This document shows positions 48,766 through 55,636 of a stretch of 64,000 nucleotides of DNA, in pieces. Each line of letters starts with the position of its first letter. The first letter of the stretch is position 1. The stretch is from the NCBI GenBank assembly GCA_963724815.1, contig CAVRWS010000016.1, positions 51,741 to 115,740 on the forward strand, in the 5' to 3' direction. Position numbers and translations under genes: made by a program. The notes beneath the pieces were generated by a model, which ran no database searches, was not told where the DNA came from, and worked only from the letters and a program-made list of their open reading frames with translations. The stretch is from an uncultured Acidobacteriaceae bacterium. Lineage in GTDB: Bacteria > Acidobacteriota > Terriglobia > Terriglobales > Acidobacteriaceae.

Positions 48766-48806
48766 GGTGCCCCATCCTTCTCGCGCCTTTTGCGAGAGGG
48801 TGGGGA
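48766..48806. repeat. P-family palindromic element, copy 4
   Basis: ggtgccccatccttctcgcgccttttgcgagagggtgggga, between convergent genes. Confidence 0.85.
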
Positions 48807-48817
48807 TTTTGACTCTC

Positions 48818-49546
48818 TCAAGTCCCCGGCTTAACCTCCCGTGCCTTCCCACCCTGATAATTCACCACCAGCGGCTTTCCTCCATTCGGATATCTCACCG
48901 TCTTATCGTCCGAAGAAGCCCCCGCATCCGGCACTCCCATGCCCACGGCAAAAACCGCTTGCAGTTCATCCATTCCCGGTTTCACCTGATGCTGTCCAAT
49001 CGCCTGCCACACTTCAGCCGGCCAAAATTTATACAACTCATGCGGATCCTGCACATAAAACATTTCATCCGAATAAATCTTGTACTGCCCGTCATCCTCG
49101 AGCCCGATCGGCACCGCATAGCTTTTCCCGTCTTTCTGAAACACTGCCATGACCTGCCGCCGATTCCCTGCTCCACTGGGGATATCCGTCACCACATCTT
49201 TAATCTCCAACTGCTCGATCGGCAACAGCAGCCCAGCCTCATGGCCAAAGTCAACTTTCTTCCGCGCCGCATCATACGGATAATAGGTATATCGATATCC
49301 TTCCTTCACCCAAACCGGCTGATCCATCAACTGCCTCGCCGACTTCAAATCAAACGGATACAATTTTTTTGGCGTCACATAGTATTCCGCATTCGAGTAC
49401 CCGGCATTCTTCGCCACCTGCTGCCTCTGCGCCGCAACATAATCCTCATGGCGCTGGTAAAGGATGTACCCCGCCCGCGCTCCCGCTACCACAATAGCCA
49501 GCGCCAGCGCAATCTGAATCCTCTTCTTCGCCTGTTCGCTCATCAT
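48818..49546 (-). CDS. hypothetical N-terminally membrane-anchored protein
   Basis: 242-aa ORF with a single N-terminal TM (IQIALALAIVVAGARAGYIL) and a soluble domain. No family recognised. Confidence 0.55.
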   Translation of the reverse strand: MMSEQAKKRIQIALALAIVVAGARAGYILYQRHEDYVAAQRQQVAKNAGYSNAEYYVTPKKLYPFDLKSARQLMDQPVWVKEGYRYTYYPYDAARKKVDFGHEAGLLLPIEQLEIKDVVTDIPSGAGNRRQVMAVFQKDGKSYAVPIGLEDDGQYKIYSDEMFYVQDPHELYKFWPAEVWQAIGQHQVKPGMDELQAVFAVGMGVPDAGASSDDKTVRYPNGGKPLVVNYQGGKAREVKPGT

Positions 49547-49559
49547 GAAATTGCTTTAC

Positions 49560-49595
49560 CCTGTGATCTCTGTGGCCTCTGTGGTAAAGGTTTTA
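49560..49595. repeat. C-family repeat
   Basis: ccctgtgatctctgtggcctctgtggtaaaggtttt, in the 70-nt divergent gap upstream of the DUF59 gene. Confidence 0.7.
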
Positions 49596-49616
49596 AGGTA
49601 AACTGAAATAGACCCG

Positions 49617-49952
49617 ATGCCCACAGTCACCGAACAAGACGTCCTAAGCGCTCTGAAAAGTTGCTACGACCCCGAGATCCCCGTCAACATCGTCGACCTC
49701 GGCCTCATCTATTCCGTTCAGTTCGCCGCCGCGCCAACCGAGGGTGCTGAAGAAGCCAAACAAGACGTCACGGTCGACCTGACCCTGACTTCACAAGGCT
49801 GCCCCGAGCACGTGAACATCAGCGCCCAAGTCAAATCACGCCTCGAGCAGTTGCCTGGCATTCGCGACGCCAAGGTAAACGTAGTCTGGACCCCGCCCTG
49901 GACTCCTGAACGCCTCAGCCCTGACGCCAAAAAACAACTGGGCATCGAGTAA
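49617..49952 (+). CDS. DUF59/SufT-like Fe-S cluster assembly protein
   Basis: 111-aa ORF with the DUF59 signature CYDPEIPVNIVDLGLIY. Confidence 0.85.
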   Translation: MPTVTEQDVLSALKSCYDPEIPVNIVDLGLIYSVQFAAAPTEGAEEAKQDVTVDLTLTSQGCPEHVNISAQVKSRLEQLPGIRDAKVNVVWTPPWTPERLSPDAKKQLGIE

Positions 49953-49986
49953 ACCGGCTTGAGCTCAAGAAGTCCGGAGCGCCGGC

Positions 49987-50259
49987 CTACATCTCCTCCC
50001 ATGCATCCATCGCGCTCTGCCCTGCCGCTTCGGTAATGCGTCTGCCTGCCCTTGCCGCCATTTCCATCACGTGCATTCCGCGATCGAAATAGCCCGGCAA
50101 CGACTCTCGCACCTGCTCAAACTTTTCCGGATATTCCGCCGACAACAGCGCCAGCGCCACTCCCCCTGCCATCACGCCCCCGGCATACTTCTTCTTCAGA
50201 AACAGCACCGTCGCCGCCGCAACCGACGCTGCCAACACCGCTTTCTTCCAGCTATCCAT
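49987..50259 (-). CDS. hypothetical small membrane protein
   Basis: ORF 49987..50310. Likely start ATG 50259 (MDSWKKAVLAASVAAATVLFL). Confidence 0.4.
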   Translation of the reverse strand: MDSWKKAVLAASVAAATVLFLKKKYAGGVMAGGVALALLSAEYPEKFEQVRESLPGYFDRGMHVMEMAARAGRRITEAAGQSAMDAWEEM

Positions 50260-50512
50260 GTTTCCCCCGCGAAATTTTTTTCTCACGCGATTGTACCTCC
50301 GCCCCTTCACGATTTACCCACAGCTCTCCGATGCCGCTTTTCCCTCTCGCGTTGTCGCCCGCCAAACGCAGTGTCTGCACGTTTAAAAAATAAACTTTGT
50401 CATTCCGAACCGGGCTGAAAGCCCGGTGAGGAACCTGCTGGTTTCATCCGCTCACCAAATGCCTGTCAGTGCGCCAATCCTTTATACTTCCTCGTTCCCT
50501 GGAGAGCCCCAA

Positions 50513-51821
50513 ATGTCCACCATCTCAAAATTCAGCTCGACGCCAACTCTGCTCGCCCTCATCCTCACACTAACCCTCGCTGCCTTCGCCCAAACCAAGC
50601 CCCGCGCCCGCGATCTCGGCGTCCCCTTCGACGGCACCCCCGGACCCGAACAATGCCATCACCGATGTAAAAGGAGTCGAGGTCGGCCACACCACGCTCA
50701 TCTCCGGCCAGGGAAAATTAATAGTCGGCAAAGGCCCCGTCCGTACCGGAGTCACGGCCATCCATCCTCGCGGCAAAACCAGTAATGACGCCGTTTTCGC
50801 CGCCTGGTTCACCCTCAACGGCAACGGCGAAATGACCGGCACAACCTGGGTCGACGATTCCGGCTTTCTCAACGGACCCGTGATGATCACCAACACGCAC
50901 AGCGTCGGCGTCGTTCGCGACGCCGTCATCGCCTGGAAGGTAAAACACGGTACGCCTGATATGGAAGGCTATTGGTGGTCACTCCCCGTTGTCGCCGAAA
51001 CCTGGGACGGTTGGCTCAACGACATCAATGGATTTCACGTCCACCCCGAAGACGCCTGGCACGCCCTCGACACTGCTCACTCCGGCCCCGTCGAAGAAGG
51101 CAACGTCGGCGGCGGAACCGGAATGATCTGCAACGAATTCAAAGGCGGCATCGGCACCTCATCCCGCGTTCTCGACGCCAAAGCCGGAGGCTACACCGTC
51201 GGCGTCCTCGTCCAGTGCAACTACGGACGCCGCGAGCAGCTCCGCATCGCTGGCGTTCCTGTGGGCAAGGAAATTCCCGAACATCCCGCTTACGAAGACA
51301 CTTCAGATTCGGCCGCAGGAAGCAAGGCTCTACCTCGGACTCGACAAGCTCAGGGCAGCCTCTCGGATGTCCGGCGGCCCGAAGGGCCGCTGGAGTCAGC
51401 ATCAAGCCCCGCGATTGCTGGCAAGGACGTCGGCTCCATTATCGTCATCGTCGCCACCGACGCGCCGCTCATTCCCACACAACTAAAACGCGTAGCCAAG
51501 AAAGTTTCCCTCGGCCTCGGCCGCGATGGCAGCTACTCCGGCGACGGCTCCGGCGACATCTTCCTCGCCTTCTCCACCGCCAATCCCGGCGCAGTGAGTC
51601 CAAAAAGCAATCAGCCGAATAACGTTCACCCGCTCACAATGCTTCCCGAATGATTCGCTGGATCCCATCTTCCTCGCGACAGTCCAAGCCACCGAAGAAG
51701 CCGTATCAATGCCATGGTCGCCGCCGAAACCATGAAAGGCATCGACGACCACGAAGTGATCGCCCTGCCTCACGACCGCCTCCGCGAAGTCCTGAAAAAA
51801 TACAATCGCCTGGCGAAGTAG
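50513..51821 (+). pseudogene. P1/S58 (DmpA-type) aminopeptidase with three frame disruptions
   Basis: Signal peptide and RARDLGVPFDGTPGP in frame 2. NNAITDVKGVEVGHTTL...ATDAPL...MLP in frame 0 (shift near 50648). NDSLDPIFLATVQATEEAV in frame 1 (shift near 51648). INAMVAAETMKGIDDHEVIALPHDRLREVLKKYNRLAK-stop in frame 0 (shift near 51705). Confidence 0.8.
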
Positions 51822-52106
51822 TGTCGACGCGCCTCTCACTAAACTCTGTCATTCCGACCGAAGCCCGACCCTGAGCGAAGGCGAAGGGGACGGCGCAGCG
51901 GAGGAACCTGCTTTCGCCCTGCACCACCACAACTCATGCGGAGACAGCCGACCTCGGCTGCCCGTCGGCGAGCGAACCCGTTCCCATTTTGGAACTCCCC
52001 CCTCATTACCTTCGCTGCCCCACCCCCGTGCCTTTCCATCCTCGCGCAAAGGACTACACTCGAACTTGTGAAACGCCTCTACACCATCGGACGCATCAAA
52101 GGCGGC

Positions 52107-52283
52107 ATGAAGTTCACCTGCTCGCACTGCGCTCACCACGTCACCACGCTCGACTTCGACCCGCGCGACGGCAACCTCCGCACCCAGGCCGCCACCGCCA
52201 TCAACCAGCACGCCACCAAAGTGCACCACGAGCCCGTAATGTTCTCCTCGCTCGACGCCCAACAACACATCTGGCGCGCCTGA
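52107..52283 (+). CDS. hypothetical small Cys/His-containing protein
   Basis: MKFTCSHCAHHVTTLDFDPRDGNL... with GC3-rich codon usage like neighbouring genes. Alternative GTG start at 52068. No family recognised. Confidence 0.25.
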   Translation: MKFTCSHCAHHVTTLDFDPRDGNLRTQAATAINQHATKVHHEPVMFSSLDAQQHIWRA

Positions 52284-52574
52284 TCCCCGCGCACACAACG
52301 CCCAGCATAAAACAGGATTGTCATTAAACAGGATTGCCATTAAATTAGGCTTGTCATTCCGAAAATTAGGATTGTCATTCCGAGCGCGCCGCAGGCGGGC
52401 GAGAGCCTGCCCTGAGCGGAGCCGAAGGGAACCTGCTCTGAGCGAGTCGAGGGGAACCCGCCGTTCGCGTTTGGGTAGCGCAGCGCTTCAGCGCTGTGAT
52501 CTGGCCAAAAAAATAACCAGCGGCTTTAGCCGCCAAAGTGTTGCACCCGAGATTGTCCCCAGGAATCGAAGCAA

Positions 52575-52603
52575 TTGGAAATTTGAGGCTCCCCGCCTAC
52601 AAT
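52575..52603 (+). promoter_or_regulatory. candidate promoter TTGGAA-N17-TACAAT for a leaderless antitoxin mRNA
   Basis: ttggaa 52575-52580 and tacaat 52598-52603. The ATG at 52611 is only 7 nt after the -10 and has no SD. Confidence 0.35.
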
Positions 52604-52610
52604 AATATTT

Positions 52611-52835
52611 ATGGAAATTTCCCTAGCGCCTGAGCTTGAAGCGAGCCTCGTGAGAATTGCTTCCGAAGCGGGCAAGGCGGCGAATCAAGTCGTCGAGGAG
52701 TTGGTCGCGGACTACCTGCGCCATGACGAATGGTTCAGGCGAGAAGTGCAAAAAGGCGTGGCCTCTTTGGACGCGGGCAAGTTCGTGTCGCATGAAGAAG
52801 TGGGCCGCCAAATCGAGCGCATCCTCAGGCCTTGA
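52611..52835 (+). CDS. ribbon-helix-helix ParD/CopG-like antitoxin, no adjacent toxin gene
   Basis: 74-aa ORF with N-terminal RHH strand-helix (ISLAPELEASLVRIASEAG) and a ParD-like C-terminal tail (VQKGVASLDAGKFVSHEEV). Confidence 0.7.
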   Translation: MEISLAPELEASLVRIASEAGKAANQVVEELVADYLRHDEWFRREVQKGVASLDAGKFVSHEEVGRQIERILRP

Positions 52836-53042
52836 TGACGGTTTTGACTGCCGTTGACCTCGCTGTTGGTTTTGATCGATCCCGAACACGAACCGAATGC
52901 AGCGCCGTGGAAGAGCGGCGCTTCAGCGCCGCGTAAAGCCCCACAATAGATCGGGCTTCAGCCCCTGCGACAACCCGACGCCGCAAAGATACCTGGAATT
53001 TCCTCCCACCAACGTGTAAAAAGGAACCCCGACTGTGAAGGG

Positions 53043-53069
53043 GGCCACGGCAATGCCGTGGCCTTTTTT
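53043..53069 (+). terminator. intrinsic-terminator-like hairpin ending repeat unit 1
   Basis: ggccacggc-aat-gccgtggcc followed by tttttt. Confidence 0.6.
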
Positions 53070-53874
53070 ACCTTGTCATCCTGAGCGAAGCCGAGAGATT
53101 CGCGAAGCGAATCCCTCAGCGTAGTCGAAGGATCCCTACCTCCTCCCGACTCCCGTTCGCACCCGGCCCGTGTGCGAACAGCAGCCCCCGCCTGTCCGCG
53201 CCGCGAAGCGAAGCCCAGCAAGTGTAGAGCGGGCACCCCTGCCCGCTGCCCTTGACCTTGCCGTTGGTTTTGATCTTGCCGTTGGTTTTGATCAATCCCG
53301 AACACGAACCCACGCAGCACCGTGGAAGAGCGGCGCTTAAGCGCCGCGTAAAGCCCCACAATAAATCGGGCTTCAGCCCCCGCGACAACCCGACGCCGCA
53401 AAGATACTTGGCATTTCCTCCCGCCAAAGTGTAAAAAGGAACCCGACTGTGAGGGGGCCACGGCAGCGCCGTGGCCTTCTCTACGCTGTCATCCTGAGCG
53501 AAGCCGAGAGATTCGCCAAGCGAATCCCTCAGCGTAGTCGAAGGATCCCTACCCTCATCCCGACGCCCGCTCGCGACCCGCTCCCATGTGTGCACACCCG
53601 CCCTCGGCTGTCAGGCGAAGCACCTACGTTCGTGTAGAACGGACACTCCTGTCCGTTGCCTTTGACCTTGCTCTTGGTTCTGACTGCCGTTGACCGAGCA
53701 GTTGGTCTTGATTGATCCCGACGCGAGCCCACGCAGCACCGTGGAAGAGCGGCGCTTCAGCGCCGCGGTAAGCTCCCAGATGAATACGGGCTTCAGCCCC
53801 CTTCGGTAACCCGATGCCGCAAAGATACTTGGCATTTCCTCCCGCCAAAGTGTAAAAAGGAACCCGACTGTGAG

Positions 53875-53906
53875 GGGGCCACGGCTTAGGCCGTGGCCCC
53901 TTTTTT
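53875..53906 (+). terminator. intrinsic-terminator-like hairpin ending repeat unit 3, directly abutting the RBS of the PIN-like gene
   Basis: ggggccacggc-ttag-gccgtggcccc (11-bp stem) followed by tttttt, then GGAGGA (53907-53912) and GTG 53921. Confidence 0.65.
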
Positions 53907-53920
53907 GGAGGACCTCGACG

Positions 53921-55270
53921 GTGCGAAAGACATTTGTCGGCTATTACCGACCCACAGAAACCGAGTTCAACCAGTTATGGGATAAGTGCATCTTCGTACT
54001 GGACGCGAATGTCCTCCTGAATCTTTACCGCTATACAGAGGAGACACGCAAGAAGCTTATAGACATACTCCAAAGGATCAAGGGACGACTCTGGGTTCCT
54101 CACCAAGCGGCTCTCGAGTATCAACGCAACCGTCTCGAAGTCATTTCCGCCCAAAGAGAAGCGTATACGGAGATAGAACGCTTACTGTTAGAGACCCAGA
54201 AGAAACTGGACTCCCAAGTGAGAAGCTACAAGCGGCACACGCTTATCAATACCAGTAAATTGCTAGAGCCCATAGATAAAGCGCTTGCGGCTCAGGTTGA
54301 GACGCTGAAAGGGACCCTTCAGAAACATCCCAACCTAGTCGAAAAGGATGATGTCCGAGAGATACTGACGAAGCTCCTAGCCGGAAAAGTTGGGCCGCCG
54401 TACTCCGAAGAAAAGCTGGCACAAATTTATAAAGACGGGGAGCAACGGTATGCCAAATCAACGCCGCCTGGGTTCAAGGACGCGAAATCCAAAGATGGTC
54501 AGCGAGCCTTCGGCGACCTGGTGCTGTGGTATCAGGTAATGGACAAGGCAATCGCAGACAAAGTGCCAATAATCATTGTGACTGACGACGTTAAGGAAGA
54601 CTGGTGGTGGCGACACGAAGGCAAGATTATTGGGCCTAATCCCGAGTTGATTGAAGAGATATGGAAAAAAGCGAGCGTAGGCTTCTATATGTATGTGTCC
54701 GACCAATTTATGGAGTACGCGAGGGAACACCTCAAGGAACAAGTCGACCAAGGAGCAATCGACGAGATACGCGAGGTCCGGAAATTAGATGAGCAAAGCC
54801 GGATTCGCTTTCAGACGGCTTTGCACAGCGAGAAGTTCATCAACAACCTTCGGGTGCAACTTGTGTCCTCGGACGCTGAGACAATCAAAACCCGCGCTGA
54901 GATAGAGGCAATTAATAACAGGCTCACAGAAATAAGGGCGCAGCCCCACGAGTTGGGCCAAGAGGAACAGAAACTAGAACTGGTCGCGAGCCTCTCGATG
55001 CGAGTCGGAGAGCTTGAGGGCAGATACCACGCTCTCGAAATAAGACGAAACGAACTCGAAACACGGCTGCGCGCCGCCCAGGATAAGCGCAATGTGGCGG
55101 TACACCGCAGGCCCGAAACCTTCCAAATGGTGAGGACCGGAGACGGCCGTTTCCATGCGGTGCCCGCGCGAGTCGCCAGCGGGCAGACCCCAGCCCGTGA
55201 CGGGACTCCGAACGTCCACCCCCCGAAAAAACCCGCGCCGGGGCAGGCAGCTAACGACGAGCAAGAATAG
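53921..55270 (+). CDS. PIN-like domain protein with C-terminal coiled coil and Pro-rich tail
   Basis: ORF 53870..55270. Likely GTG start 53921, 8 nt after GGAGGA. PIN-like blocks FVLDANVLLNLYRY, VPHQAALEYQRN, FGDLVLWYQV and IIIVTDDVKEDWWW. Heptad-rich segment around residues 300-400. Many ATA/AGA/AGG/TTA/CTA codons that are rare in flanking genes. Confidence 0.75.
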   Translation: MRKTFVGYYRPTETEFNQLWDKCIFVLDANVLLNLYRYTEETRKKLIDILQRIKGRLWVPHQAALEYQRNRLEVISAQREAYTEIERLLLETQKKLDSQVRSYKRHTLINTSKLLEPIDKALAAQVETLKGTLQKHPNLVEKDDVREILTKLLAGKVGPPYSEEKLAQIYKDGEQRYAKSTPPGFKDAKSKDGQRAFGDLVLWYQVMDKAIADKVPIIIVTDDVKEDWWWRHEGKIIGPNPELIEEIWKKASVGFYMYVSDQFMEYAREHLKEQVDQGAIDEIREVRKLDEQSRIRFQTALHSEKFINNLRVQLVSSDAETIKTRAEIEAINNRLTEIRAQPHELGQEEQKLELVASLSMRVGELEGRYHALEIRRNELETRLRAAQDKRNVAVHRRPETFQMVRTGDGRFHAVPARVASGQTPARDGTPNVHPPKKPAPGQAANDEQE

Positions 55271-55636
55271 ACAACCAGCTGGCCCCGTTTTACATACCGT
55301 TCAGCGCTCCAGCTCTGTGACATCTAACCTTTTCATCCACAGCCCCAACCACTGATCATCAAAGCGAAGGCAGAGCGGCACCATGATTCGTCGTCGTCCA
55401 GCGCGGGCCAACTCCTTTGCTTCACGTATTTTGACCTCTAAGCTCTTTGAAAAACGGATTTTGCGTAGAATTTCCTGCTCACCCTATGATTCCCCATAGA
55501 CCATGGAATAGGGGGGAGGGTACCCCACGAACCAAGCTCCGATGCCCGAAAAGGGTCGCGGGAAGATCGGCAGCCGTGCAGATGGGAAGAGGCGGACAGT
55601 AGTGTCCGCCCCACACGAGCAACGCGGTACCAGCTA

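Larger units (their letters stand above)
52836..53906 (+). repeat. tandem array, about 2.6 copies of a ~400-420 bp composite non-coding unit
   Basis: Landmarks recur in phase. CCGTGGAAGAGCGGCGCTT at 52905/53320/53739 (periods 415 and 419). GTCATCCTGAGCGAAG at 53075/53488. Hairpin GGCCACGGC-loop-GCCGTGGCC at 53043/53456/53877. Confidence 0.9.

Noticed and set aside
53249-53292. 18-bp direct repeats (CTTGCCGTTGGTTTTGAT x2 plus partial copies) as iterons of a replication origin
   Set aside because: There is no rep/initiator gene, no AT-rich unwinding region and no DnaA boxes nearby. The same module recurs in each tandem unit in degenerate form, so it behaves as part of the repeat element.
52958-53848. 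Minus-strand ORFs running through the tandem repeat array (52958..53461, 53116..53595, 53611..53835, 53624..53848). Two are preceded by GGGAGGAA-ATG
   Set aside because: The ATG is missing in unit 1. The unit-2 reading frame stops after about 13 codons. The SD-ATG spacing is only 2-3 nt. The frames are not conserved between copies, and the translations are the usual low-complexity read-through of REP hairpins.
52836-53906. CRISPR array
   Set aside because: The repeat unit is ~400-420 bp. There is no alternation of short (25-40 nt) direct repeats with unique spacers, and no cas genes are in the window.
55271-55636. Small ORFs or gene remnants downstream of the PIN-like gene (for example, plus-strand ATG 55384, 38 codons; and a minus-strand frame reading ...REAKELARAGRRRIMVPLCLRFDDQWLGLWMKRLDVTELER)
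   Set aside because: There are no credible start codons or RBS, and the frames are short. They may be a decayed gene fragment but cannot be supported from the sequence alone. The GC hairpin GGCGGACA-GTAG-TGTCCGCC at about 55592-55611 is another REP-type stem.
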